Part shown: piece after piece, positions 28,583 to 38,179 of the stretch | How positions within the stretch are numbered: the stretch's first letter is position 1 | Layout: each line of letters starts with the position of its first letter | IMG/VR virus record: IMGVR_UViG_3300018915_000002 | Reading direction: 5' to 3' (one strand) | Length of the DNA: 64,000 bases | DNA from: a virus | Position numbers and translations under genes: made by a program | The notes under the pieces: generated by a model | The model's database searches: none | Seen by the model: only the letters and a program-made list of their open reading frames with translations | What the model was told of the DNA's origin: nothing

Positions 28583-29479
28583 CTAAGCTGATACGGTCAC
28601 GCACCTATTGAACAGAAGTTTTGGTTGTCCTAGATGGCTTTTCATGCCAAAGTGATAATGTTTCTCATCAGTGTGCCAGCCCTCCTGGGAGGGTAGAGAA
28701 GGGTGCAAGTCACGCAAGGCATACCAGTAAACTCGATCTACTGGTACAGATAAGTCCTGCTCCACAGCTTCCACTTCTCTGAACCGCTCCACCTGAGTTG
28801 TCTCACTGCGACTCCAGGTTGACACTCCTACTTCAGTGATCCAGATTCTGCAATCGGAGTAGGACGCGATCGCATCCCCAGTCACCTGCACCAAATACTT
28901 CCATCCCATCCAGCGTCCGCAGTCCCAAGTTCCGGGGAAGCCGTGGATGCCAACAACGTCGATGTGTTCAAGAACCCCTTGGCTCCCGATTAAATGAATC
29001 CACTTCTCATCAACTGGCGACATCCCTCCCAGTACCGTCTTCTTCCCCCGCTGTTTAGTCCAGTAGGCAGCCATGCTTATCATTTGGGAAAATAGCTTCC
29101 ACTCCGGGTCAAAGCTGAAGTCCCAGTCGAGGCAGTTGTTGGGTTCGTTCCACAGCTCGACATACTCAAAGTGTTTGCCGTAGCGATCAATAATAAAATC
29201 CACCCAGTCGGCGTAGTCCTGGAGCCGCTTGGGTGGTGATGCCGTGGAAGGGGTGATCGCAATTGAAGGAGGGGTATAGGTTAGGCAGGGCAAAATCTCT
29301 AACTCCTTGGCGAGTTTAGGAATGAGCCAGTCATACCAAGCTAGTCCGCCTGGGGCGTAACAGTCTGCCCAAGATATCCCGGTTCTAAGTTGCTGGATAT
29401 TCAGTTGGCGAAGATCTGTGAGTACATCTTCAACATGCTCGAAGCGATCGCGATGCAACCATTCAACGATGCCAATCAC
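28583..29479 (-). CDS. Glycoside hydrolase, clan GH-A TIM barrel (GH39/GH5-like)
   Basis: LRTGISWAD, acid/base ELWNEPN, VVGIHGFPG and nucleophile WITEVG. Confidence 0.8.
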   Translation of the reverse strand: MIGIVEWLHRDRFEHVEDVLTDLRQLNIQQLRTGISWADCYAPGGLAWYDWLIPKLAKELEILPCLTYTPPSIAITPSTASPPKRLQDYADWVDFIIDRYGKHFEYVELWNEPNNCLDWDFSFDPEWKLFSQMISMAAYWTKQRGKKTVLGGMSPVDEKWIHLIGSQGVLEHIDVVGIHGFPGTWDCGRWMGWKYLVQVTGDAIASYSDCRIWITEVGVSTWSRSETTQVERFREVEAVEQDLSVPVDRVYWYALRDLHPSLPSQEGWHTDEKHYHFGMKSHLGQPKLLFNRCVTVSA

Positions 29480-29724
29480 AACTCACCCTCGCGTATTTTT
29501 CTTAAATCCACCCAGCCACCGTAACCCTTGATCCGCCGCATCACCCTAACGCCAAGTCGCCGCTGGACAGGTTGCTTCTCTAGGAATGCGATCGCGTCCC
29601 TGAGTTTTGGGAATTTGGCTGACCAATCATCTTTTTTGAGAACCCAACCACCACGAGGATGACGACAAGAGACGTAGCCTCGCTCACGTAAGAGTAGCTG
29701 TAATTGTGAGTATCCGGGAGACAT
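29476..29724 (-). CDS. Small basic hypothetical protein
   Basis: Likely true start MSPGYSQL at 29724; ATGA-coupled to the hydrolase. Confidence 0.5.
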   Translation of the reverse strand: MSPGYSQLQLLLRERGYVSCRHPRGGWVLKKDDWSAKFPKLRDAIAFLEKQPVQRRLGVRVMRRIKGYGGWVDLRKIREGEL

Positions 29725-30063
29725 GGTTAAGGGTTTGTGTTTTCGAGAAATTCTAACAGACGTTAAGATCAACAAAATGAGTTTTTCTGCCAAATGACAA
29801 TTATGCTTATGACTGCAACGATTAGAGGCGGACACGAAATTCGTAAACCAGATACGTCTGGGAAAAACGTGATCCCTCAGGGACCAACTACTCCAAGAAC
29901 TCTCCCAGTCAGGACTGCCCCGCGCCCGAAAGATCCACCAACTCTCGACAACCCTGTGTGAACCTGGCTCCCAAAGCAAATCAAAAGCCCCCTAGATCAT
30001 TGATCTAGGGGGCTTTTGTGTCACGGAAGTCCGTGGTGGACGACTATTTCTTTAGCATTGCAC

Positions 30064-30282
30064 TCAATAACAGCCGTACCCTAAGGTGAACACTTTTTCA
30101 CCAACTTTATTTTCACAATCGGCACAGTCATCAGCGTGTTCCTCTGTGATGACCTTGTAAGAGTCGATATTGATCTCGCGGGGTACTCCACCGCCATTAG
30201 ATCCGTCGAGGATCATTACCTCGATGTCGCCGGATTCCACTTTGGCTTTCGCAAGAATTGCTTCTAAGTCGCTGATTTTCAC
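30064..30282 (-). CDS. Hypothetical protein
   Basis: 72 aa with an AGGAG SD and GTG start. Confidence 0.6.
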   Translation of the reverse strand: MKISDLEAILAKAKVESGDIEVMILDGSNGGGVPREINIDSYKVITEEHADDCADCENKVGEKVFTLGYGCY

Positions 30283-30294
30283 TGGGATATCTCC

Positions 30295-30828
30295 TTAGTT
30301 TGATTGTGTGCAGCTTCTTTCAGAAGCTTTGTATTTGTTGTACAGATCTCGCAGGAGAGAGTTGGTCATCTCCACAGTCTTTGTGTATTTATCGGGATTA
30401 TTGTCTACGTCGTAGACGTAAGCATCAAAGTAATCCCTTTCCAAGAAAAACCGATGAACAGAACTCTTTGTTCTCTGTTCCACCCAATTTGCACGGCTAC
30501 ACGACTTTGTTGTAGAAACTAGAAGTGCGCTCGACAATAGGTCATCAAGATGCCTTATGTTGGGCATGGATAATCCGAGTGTTTTCCATCGATCTCTGAT
30601 TAAGTACCAATTCCAGATTAGTTGCTGAACAGCATCTCCTATGTCTTGGTAGACAACAAGATTGAACTGTCTGGTGTTTGAATTTATCCATACAGCTTGA
30701 TGATGTCCGTTGTATGGAGCTTCTTGTACTGGGTCATAAATGACCTTCCTCCCTTGTTGGGTGATGATTTGCTCAAACTTATTCATCCAGATGAATTTTG
30801 ACCAAAGTTGGAACCCTTGATCTCTCAT
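30295..30828 (-). CDS. Hypothetical protein
   Basis: 177 aa; promoter at 30859-30867 plus leader. Confidence 0.65.
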   Translation of the reverse strand: MRDQGFQLWSKFIWMNKFEQIITQQGRKVIYDPVQEAPYNGHHQAVWINSNTRQFNLVVYQDIGDAVQQLIWNWYLIRDRWKTLGLSMPNIRHLDDLLSSALLVSTTKSCSRANWVEQRTKSSVHRFFLERDYFDAYVYDVDNNPDKYTKTVEMTNSLLRDLYNKYKASERSCTQSN

Positions 30829-30912
30829 GGTTTTGCATTAACAACAGTTCATTCTTTAATTGTAACAAAACTACAAACAAAAACCGCCACGGAAGTCCGT
30901 GACGGAGTGGAA

Positions 30913-32862
30913 TTAAGCGAAGAAATACCCAGGAATAGCACTTGTGAAGCGTTCTACAGGGTCATACTTCAACAGGTATTCCCTGGAAATCGCCTCCATC
31001 TCCCGTAATTGCTGCCTCTCCTTCTCCCCGATTTCAGTATCAGTGGAGAGGAGAATGACTTGGTTTGACGCTACTGGAAAGTAGCGCTCTAGGAGGTTAG
31101 TCCGGTGAGACGAATCAAGTCGCCCTAGGGGAGTGTCGATCGCAACGGGAATCTCTCTTCCCGATAATCGAGCCAATCCCCAGAGGAATGCGATCGCAAG
31201 CAATTGCTTTTCCCCTGCTGACAACCGATGTTTTGGAACGAATGCTCCAGCTTGGTCGTATAGGCTCATGCCGAATGTTGCTGCATCGATGGCGATGCGG
31301 TGAACAAGATCTGTTTTTCTTAGGAGATAGCGGAAACACTCGGTTACCTCAATCTCCAACTTGCTGATTTTCTTCACCGTGATTTTCTCCTTAAAGATAG
31401 CGAGAGTGGCTTTCGCCTTTGCGATCGCCTCTACTTTGTGTCGCGTCTCCTTGAGCTTCAGATGTTCGTCGGCATAGGATTCCAACTGATCTTTGGTTAC
31501 CTTAAGCTCTCGCTCTACTTTGTTGTACTGTTGCTGCTTCAACTCTCGTTGGGAGATAAGTTGGGCAACACTCTTCTGGGTTGTTTTGACGGCTCCTTCC
31601 AGTTGCTGGTATAGCTCTGGAGATGCAGCCGTCGCTAGCTCTCTGTCGAGGAAGTCTATCTCCTCTTGGAGCTTTTCTAACTCCTCTATACTTGTCTGAG
31701 CCTTACTCACAAGGGAGTTTAGCTCGTAGTTGAGTAGAGCGTTAAGTTGTGTTGTCGCTCCCTCTGTCGCATGAAGCCATTCCTCCCCTTCCAGGGAGCA
31801 GGATTGACTTTCTAGGAACGACTGGACTTTATTGAGTTGCTCCTGGACTAGTGATAACTCACTCAGGTAGTCCAGAAGTAGGCGATCTCGCTCCTCAATT
31901 ACCGCCCGTGCCGCTCGTGACTGAGCAAGTCGCTCCTCCACTTTGGCTTGGGCTTGAGCTTGTTGTAGGAGAGGGGCAATCATCATTAACGGTAATGCCC
32001 CAGCCGCTAGTTCTCTCAAGCTCTGTCGAGTGTCAGCAACCTCTTGAGTGAGCTTGCTTTGCTCTAACTCCAGTCGAGAGCGATCACCGGCTATCTTGCC
32101 TCCCTCGATAACGAATTTGTCCAGGGCTTGCTGTTGTTGATACTCGGCATTTTTCAACCGACCATCAAGGCTTGCCAGTTCTTGGGCAACTATGTCATGA
32201 GATTGGCGTTGAGTCTGGAGGGTATTTTCAATCTCCTCCAATTCGGCTGTTTGCTGTGTATTGGCAAGTTCCTTTCGCTTACGAGACGCGAGGACATCCA
32301 AGTCAGCAGATAGCCGTTCAGCGAGTTCTAGTCCCAAGAGGGCTTTAATCGCGCTTACTAGGATTGGGGGTGGGGTATCGAGTTCCGCAAGTTCTTTTAC
32401 CTGCTCCCCGTCGAAGAGGAACAAGGTGGAAATTCCCAGTGGGAAAAGGTTCTCGATATATTCATCCCAGGTGTTAGCGATCGCCTTATCGGGCCAGTCG
32501 CCAACTAACACGCCAAGCGTATCTTTCTCGTCACCCACTTCCCAGTAACGGACGATGCGGAGAACTGTGGGCTCGTCATCAATTATTAGTTCGATGGCAA
32601 GCTCGATCCGGGTCTTCTCTCCCGGTACAGAATGGCGGTTAACGCATTCTGTGAGGAATTTACTGTAAGGCAGTGCGCCACGAGTGGAACACTGCGCGCG
32701 ATGCCCATACAATACAAGCCGAATCGCATCAACGAGGGTAGTTTTACCTCCCCCGTTCATGCCTCCGAAGAGGATGATGGTGCCGGATTCAGGCTTAAGA
32801 GTGATAGCTTGTCTCCCTAGGTAGGGGCCAAAGTTCTGAAGGACGAGTTCTGTGAAAATCAT
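30913..32862 (-). CDS. dndD: DNA phosphorothioation ATPase DndD (SMC-like)
   Basis: LQNFGPYLG, Walker A GGMNGGGKTT, long coiled coil, LSAGEKQ signature, Walker B AIDTPLGRLD...HR, and STDTE. Confidence 0.9.
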   Translation of the reverse strand: MIFTELVLQNFGPYLGRQAITLKPESGTIILFGGMNGGGKTTLVDAIRLVLYGHRAQCSTRGALPYSKFLTECVNRHSVPGEKTRIELAIELIIDDEPTVLRIVRYWEVGDEKDTLGVLVGDWPDKAIANTWDEYIENLFPLGISTLFLFDGEQVKELAELDTPPPILVSAIKALLGLELAERLSADLDVLASRKRKELANTQQTAELEEIENTLQTQRQSHDIVAQELASLDGRLKNAEYQQQQALDKFVIEGGKIAGDRSRLELEQSKLTQEVADTRQSLRELAAGALPLMMIAPLLQQAQAQAKVEERLAQSRAARAVIEERDRLLLDYLSELSLVQEQLNKVQSFLESQSCSLEGEEWLHATEGATTQLNALLNYELNSLVSKAQTSIEELEKLQEEIDFLDRELATAASPELYQQLEGAVKTTQKSVAQLISQRELKQQQYNKVERELKVTKDQLESYADEHLKLKETRHKVEAIAKAKATLAIFKEKITVKKISKLEIEVTECFRYLLRKTDLVHRIAIDAATFGMSLYDQAGAFVPKHRLSAGEKQLLAIAFLWGLARLSGREIPVAIDTPLGRLDSSHRTNLLERYFPVASNQVILLSTDTEIGEKERQQLREMEAISREYLLKYDPVERFTSAIPGYFFA

Positions 32863-32954
32863 TTTGGGTTCCTATAAATAAAAAAGTACGCCACGGAGTT
32901 CCGTGGCGCGAGGATCATCTGTGAGCGATCACTATTCGTGCCTTATAGACATTT

Positions 32955-33629
32955 CTAGTGTTTCAGGTATTCCTGCATTTTTTGGACACAATCCTCAAAA
33001 GAGCTGAATACAAGAAGAGATTTTGGGTCATTCTCGAACAAGATTAGACTCCCACTACAACCTGGGTTGTATTGCAAAGAAACCAATATTTCAGATGAAT
33101 TATTGATTTGAATCAGTAGCTGAAACATCTGATAAAGCAAGTCTTTTGTTCGCTTTATCTCAATATCTTCTTTTGCTTGAATAACCTTCTCTGTCGTATT
33201 AGTTGGAGTTTCATGCTCTTTCAAGAATTTTTTCATGCTTACGACAGCTTCTTCAAAAGAATCAAAGCCAAAAATCTCTTCACCTTCGTCGTAGTTGTAT
33301 AAAACTCCAGCTAGAGTTGGTTGAAAATGGAATTCAATTACGGGTTTATACACCGCATCGATTCGCATCAGAAGCTCTGTTATTTCACAATGAAGCTTTG
33401 CTATTCTCTTTACCTCAATACTCTCTTCCGTTTCACCTTGATCATTTAATTGTTCACTCAACCAAAATGTCTCTTCCTCTGTTAGGCGACCAGTCTCAAA
33501 TAGACACCGATACACTAATTCTTGGACTGATTTCGATTCCATGTAGCCGATGGAAGTTAATTCTCCCATCGCTTCAAGGGCTTTTACGTGATTGGACAGT
33601 AATTCTGCTTTGCGTTCTAAGGTGATCAT
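32955..33629 (-). CDS. Hypothetical protein with a duplicated C-terminal domain
   Basis: Start moved to 33629. Repeats EFHFQPTLAGVLY...FGFDSFEEAV and SLQYNPGCSGSLI...LVFSSFEDCV. Confidence 0.65.
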   Translation of the reverse strand: MITLERKAELLSNHVKALEAMGELTSIGYMESKSVQELVYRCLFETGRLTEEETFWLSEQLNDQGETEESIEVKRIAKLHCEITELLMRIDAVYKPVIEFHFQPTLAGVLYNYDEGEEIFGFDSFEEAVVSMKKFLKEHETPTNTTEKVIQAKEDIEIKRTKDLLYQMFQLLIQINNSSEILVSLQYNPGCSGSLILFENDPKSLLVFSSFEDCVQKMQEYLKH

Positions 33630-33725
33630 GATTTTGCTTAAGCTCATCTATACCAATTGTAACAATTGTATAGGCACAAAAAAGCCCATCCCGTAAGGGA
33701 TGAGCTTCTTTTCTAGACTTCCGTG

Positions 33726-34667
33726 TTATGGCTGGCTAACATTACCACGCCACTCTTTTTCTCCTAGCTCGTGCCAGAAGTAGAACCGCTTGTCTCCCCA
33801 CTCCACACTGGCTCGTGTGTAGTTACCTGCGTGAGTAGCAAGAACTTCTTTGAGTCGTCGGATGTTGCTAAGCTCAAGGGGCTTGGACATCATCCCTGGA
33901 TCTTGAAAAATCACTACGACTTGGGGCTTCTCGTGTCCCTCGCTAGCCTTCCAGTTAAGGTCATCAAGCTTCCAGAGAATTGCGTCAAGGAGGGTTTCTC
34001 CATCAACGTCATCTTCTCCTTCAGGAAACTCTATGTCACATTCAAATTTCGCGATTTGAATGAGTTCGGCAATGCCAACCATTGCTAGAAGATTGGTTTT
34101 ACTGGGTATAGGCAAGTCCCATTCCCAGATATTTTTGAGATTCTCAGCTTTTTTAAACAGCCTCACCAACTTCTCTTCACTAAACTGTATTTCAGTTGGG
34201 AAACTGGGATTCCATTCCCTTTTTTCCTCTAAAGCATTATTGCGTTCAGTCTGCCAAGTGAGCCAGCCTCGAAGACCGTAGCTCAGATAGAAACTCCAAT
34301 CTTCGATTGCTAGACGAGAATACAGCTCCTCTTCAGTTATTTTTATGTTTCTGTATTCCTCTGGTCGAGCAGCACATAACATACCTTCCAGATCTGACTT
34401 ACTTTTAATCGGGTAGTGTATGCAACCAATTTCTGCGTGAGGGCAGACAGTACGTGCAATCTCAAGTACCTCTTCCTCAGAGCGATCAGTCAAAAGCCAG
34501 GTATGGACAGGTGGTCCCATATCTGAGTACGCACCCTCCCACTCCTCTGTTCTTGTTTTCCACCAATCTGGGTGAGTGGCGATCGCGTTCAACTTCTCTT
34601 CAAGGTGTTCCTTGAATTCGTCATTAGCGGCTTTATAAGTATCTACTTGAAACAATCTGTGTGTCAT
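33726..34667 (-). CDS. Hypothetical protein
   Basis: Start moved to 34667 (promoter at 34704-34712 plus leader). Confidence 0.65.
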   Translation of the reverse strand: MTHRLFQVDTYKAANDEFKEHLEEKLNAIATHPDWWKTRTEEWEGAYSDMGPPVHTWLLTDRSEEEVLEIARTVCPHAEIGCIHYPIKSKSDLEGMLCAARPEEYRNIKITEEELYSRLAIEDWSFYLSYGLRGWLTWQTERNNALEEKREWNPSFPTEIQFSEEKLVRLFKKAENLKNIWEWDLPIPSKTNLLAMVGIAELIQIAKFECDIEFPEGEDDVDGETLLDAILWKLDDLNWKASEGHEKPQVVVIFQDPGMMSKPLELSNIRRLKEVLATHAGNYTRASVEWGDKRFYFWHELGEKEWRGNVSQP

Positions 34668-34760
34668 GATTTTGCTTAATGGAAACAATGCACTAACTCT
34701 TCTATTGTAACAAGAATATAAACGCAGAATGCCCATCCCGTAAGGGATGAGCATCATTTT

Positions 34761-35894
34761 TTAGCCCTTTTTAGGCTTGGTTTTCAGCAAGTCGCTGTGA
34801 GCATTTTCCAATTCAACTTCCTCTTTCGAGAAAATCTTAACTGGAATCCCCAGCTTGAACTTCAAGTAAATAGCGAATCGCTTCACACTTTCGCTATCCG
34901 TTAATACCTTGTACCCCTTCTCACCTGGAGAAAGGATACGCCCGTGCCAGTCGGGATTGGATTTTCTCCAATCAATTTCCTTCAAGGGCTTGAAAAAGTC
35001 TAATAACTCTTCAGGAGACTTGGCTTCGAGAGACTTACCAACAGAAGCGATCGCATCCAAGAACACGGCTTGACCACACATATAGTCTTCCCGCACCTCT
35101 TTTGGTTCGATCTGCTTAATTGCCACTTCAGTCCACTGGGGAATGGTGACAATTAGGGCGTTCCAGAAGGCAAGGCAGAATGCCTTGTCCTCGTCATGAG
35201 ATTTTCCAGGACGGATTTGCTCGTGGACTTTGTAGATCCACTTGAGAGTTAGGAGTTTTGGGCTGGTTTTACTTACCGTCCCTCGCTCGAACTCCGTCCA
35301 GAGGTGAAGAAACTCAACCTCCTTCACGACTTGCATCGTGAAGTTGTTAGAGGGGCTGTCCTTGTAGACGATCTGGAGACTACTCTCCAGAGTCTTAGTG
35401 GTAGTGGTAATCGCCGCGAAGGCTTTCTGGCTCCGTCTTAGCCCAGTGTCGATTATTAACTGGACGGCGATCATCTCGTCACGGAGTTCCGTGAGTGCGA
35501 TCGCCTGAGCGATTTCCAGTAACTTTTCCGTTGCCAAGCGACGGTGTTGACCGTCGATAAGTATCAACTTCGCGTCGGCAGCGATGTGGAGCATTCCACA
35601 TCTGAAGAAATCCTGGTTCGGAACCTCAAACTCTACTTCGCCATCAATGCTGGCGATGAGAGGCGGGACGACATGATCTTTAAAATCCCCTACCACGTAG
35701 TCAACAATTTCTTGTACATGTTTTGGGCGCGGAGTTCGCTGTGATCTTTCTTCTACCGGAAGCTCAAGATAGTCGAGATTAAAGGTCTGGATGATTTCTG
35801 CGTACTTGAACCAGCAGATGTATGTCTCCATACCTGCTTGAATGCCACGAGCCGCAGGGAAACTGCGACGTGGATCGTCTCGGCGCAATGCCAT
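34761..35894 (-). CDS. dndB: DGQHR-domain protein, DndB family
   Basis: FPAARGIQAG, SQRTPRPKHVQEIVDY, LIDGQHR and the C-terminal IDWRKSNPDWHGR. Confidence 0.8.
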   Translation of the reverse strand: MALRRDDPRRSFPAARGIQAGMETYICWFKYAEIIQTFNLDYLELPVEERSQRTPRPKHVQEIVDYVVGDFKDHVVPPLIASIDGEVEFEVPNQDFFRCGMLHIAADAKLILIDGQHRRLATEKLLEIAQAIALTELRDEMIAVQLIIDTGLRRSQKAFAAITTTTKTLESSLQIVYKDSPSNNFTMQVVKEVEFLHLWTEFERGTVSKTSPKLLTLKWIYKVHEQIRPGKSHDEDKAFCLAFWNALIVTIPQWTEVAIKQIEPKEVREDYMCGQAVFLDAIASVGKSLEAKSPEELLDFFKPLKEIDWRKSNPDWHGRILSPGEKGYKVLTDSESVKRFAIYLKFKLGIPVKIFSKEEVELENAHSDLLKTKPKKG

Positions 35895-35986
35895 AGGTTA
35901 TTCCTTTGATAATTGAAAAACTTGCATCTATTAGTATTGTAACATTTTGTGGTATTATGCCTGAATCTTTCATTCTGGAAAAGCGA

Positions 35987-36793
35987 ATGCCAGATTCTGG
36001 GAAACAAGCAAACGTAATAACTATATCCTGTCTGAGTGGGGGTTCGGGTAAGTCTACTGCGGCTCTCAATATAGCAACCATGCTATCAGGGCAAGGAAAA
36101 ACACTTGCCATAGACTTCGATCCTCAGGGCAACTTAAGTCAATGGATGGGATGGACTGATTTATCTGAAACCGCCACAATTGCGGAAACAATTGTATCTG
36201 GAGACAACCGAATTGAGATTGGGAAAATTATTGAACGTCCTCGTAATGAGGGGCGTTCAACATTGTGGATTGCTCCAGCAGACTACTCCTTGATAGCAGC
36301 AGCCGATGCGATCGCAGGGCATCCGGGGAGGGAAAAAAGGCTCAAACGGGCGATCAAAGAAGTACTTGATGAGTACGACTTCATCGTTATTGATTCGCCA
36401 CCAAGTAAAGGCATACTCAGCTACAACGCCATCGTCGCGGCGGATCTACTTGTCATTCCAACTGAATGTACGAACAAGGGTGTGGTAGGAGTCGTCAGTA
36501 CAGTGACACTTATCAAGGAGTTGGAAGAGTTAGACTTCCAGGTTCCTACAATACTGGGGATTATCCCGACACGAGATCAGTGGTCGGGGATGAACCAAAC
36601 GCGGATGAGTAAGGCGGCGATCGCATCCCTAAAGGAATCGCTTCCTGACATTCATTTATTTCCTTCTATTCGGCAGAGTACCGTTGTCCAGCAGTGCAAT
36701 CATGCGGGCTGGTCACTGGTGGAGGCAGGGAAAGAGGATTTAGGTCAGGGTTACGTGGAAGTTGTTAAATCAATATTGGAGAAACGGTCTTGA
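35987..36793 (+). CDS. parA: ParA-family partition ATPase
   Basis: Deviant Walker A SGGSGKST, IDFDPQGNLS, IDSPP and IPTEC. Start estimated. Confidence 0.92.
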   Translation: MPDSGKQANVITISCLSGGSGKSTAALNIATMLSGQGKTLAIDFDPQGNLSQWMGWTDLSETATIAETIVSGDNRIEIGKIIERPRNEGRSTLWIAPADYSLIAAADAIAGHPGREKRLKRAIKEVLDEYDFIVIDSPPSKGILSYNAIVAADLLVIPTECTNKGVVGVVSTVTLIKELEELDFQVPTILGIIPTRDQWSGMNQTRMSKAAIASLKESLPDIHLFPSIRQSTVVQQCNHAGWSLVEAGKEDLGQGYVEVVKSILEKRS

Positions 36794-37260
36794 CAGAGGA
36801 CAAGAAAGAGTTGGCGTGGGGCGAGACTCCGCTCGACAAACTAACCCCCGACGAAGTGCTGCTTGCAGCAAAACGGATGTATGGCGCTCTTATTTCAGCA
36901 AACAGTTGCCTAAGTATGATGAGGTCAGCAGACAAGAATGATCCGTATTGGGCAAGAGACGGAATCGGAGGTATCGCTCTTGCCCAAATTAAGCAAGCTA
37001 TGCAAGCAGTAAACGAGGGGTATGAATCCGGGGATATTTTCCACGCCTACTATCGCTACGCCAACGATCTACTGTTCGACTCATCCGAATTCAAGATCGG
37101 TTCCAACTGGGTTGTGTGTGATCGCTGCCCAACTATGACCGGGGATTCTTCTGGTAGTTATCTAGGACGAAGATGTGCCGATGTCCGAGTCCCTTGTCAA
37201 GGGGATGGAGAAGGTAGCTTCAGAAAGCTGGAGTGGAGCGATCTAAATCCCAATGACTGA
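36790..37260 (+). CDS. Hypothetical Cys-containing protein inserted in the par operon
   Basis: 156 aa overlapping both neighbours. Confidence 0.6.
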   Translation: MTEDKKELAWGETPLDKLTPDEVLLAAKRMYGALISANSCLSMMRSADKNDPYWARDGIGGIALAQIKQAMQAVNEGYESGDIFHAYYRYANDLLFDSSEFKIGSNWVVCDRCPTMTGDSSGSYLGRRCADVRVPCQGDGEGSFRKLEWSDLNPND

Positions 37261-37618
37261 GAAGAAACTTCCAACGGGTCCCATCCGCATTGAACCTCCA
37301 GCCACAAAAAAGGATGACCCGACGACAGTCATCCCGACACCAGACGAATTACATCCAAAATTAGCACAACCTTCCCAGAAAGTATCCATGCGTCTGTCTG
37401 AAGAAGCCGCCTCTGTTTTGAAGCGATTCCGACTGGACGAAGGAATCCCTTATGAGATTCTGGTTGAGATCATGATTCTCAACTTCCATCAACTGCCGGA
37501 ACGCATCCGTAAAGCCTACCTAGAGCAAGGCAAGGAATTGCGAACCCAGCGGTTGATCGCAGGGCAGGAGAAGGCGCTAGAGACGATGAAGTCGAAGGCG
37601 AAGAAAGGCTCAGTTTAG
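37253..37618 (+). CDS. Small ParA partner, possibly ribbon-helix-helix
   Basis: Disordered Pro-rich N-terminus followed by QKVSMRLSEEAASVLKRF (beta-strand then helix). Position downstream of parA fits a type Ib partner. Confidence 0.5.
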   Translation: MTEKKLPTGPIRIEPPATKKDDPTTVIPTPDELHPKLAQPSQKVSMRLSEEAASVLKRFRLDEGIPYEILVEIMILNFHQLPERIRKAYLEQGKELRTQRLIAGQEKALETMKSKAKKGSV

Positions 37619-38165
37619 GTCGTGTATAGATGTGGTGCAGGCAATACACAGGATATACGAAGGCTGTGTATTGCCTACACAGAATCGTTCACCAAGGAAC
37701 AAGAGGCTATGGCAAACACACTTGAAGTTCAATACAGAGTAGAGCGTAGCGTAGTCGAGGAATATAACGACTGCGAAAAAGACGCTTGGCATACCGAGGT
37801 CGAGACTTTTCCCGTTCTTCATGAAGCGATTGAATTCGCGAGGATAGGCGAGGAACCAAAAATCTACCTGGAGGTATTCAATCCAATCGAAGAGAAGTGG
37901 GAAACCTTACTGAGTTTTACCCTTGACGCAGCAAGGCAGATTGAAGTCGAACCAGAAGACTAAGAGACTCTGTACAGGTTGTGTTTAGACCTGTACAGAG
38001 TCGGTATACCCTGCATACAGCCTGTACGAAGACCTCGTGCAGGCTGTACAGTACCTGGGTGGTTCTGGTTTTGACGTAAGAAGCTAGGTGATGTATAGCC
38101 CTTGTTTGCTCTGCGTACAGATCTCGTTTAGTCTGTATGCAGGGTAAACAAGGTCTATACACGCC
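37618..38165. repeat. Cluster of short CTGTAYAG-type direct and inverted repeats downstream of the par genes
   Basis: ctgtacag at 37970, 37991 and 38044. 14-bp inverted repeat taccctgcatacag (38007) / ctgtatgcagggta (38133). 13-bp inverted repeat aggcaatacacag / ctgtgtattgcct. Outer cgtgtataga / tctatacacg. Confidence 0.6.
37709..37963 (+). CDS. Hypothetical acidic protein
   Basis: Start moved to MANTLEV (GAGG SD). Confidence 0.55.
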   Translation: MANTLEVQYRVERSVVEEYNDCEKDAWHTEVETFPVLHEAIEFARIGEEPKIYLEVFNPIEEKWETLLSFTLDAARQIEVEPED

Positions 38166-38179
38166 CACGGAGTTCCGTG

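Noticed and set aside
37917-38168. Minus-strand ORFs 37917..38168 and 37610..37822 with VYR/CIQ/LYR repeats
   Set aside because: The repetitive residues are the translation of the CTGTAYAG DNA repeat cluster and are better explained as a DNA site.
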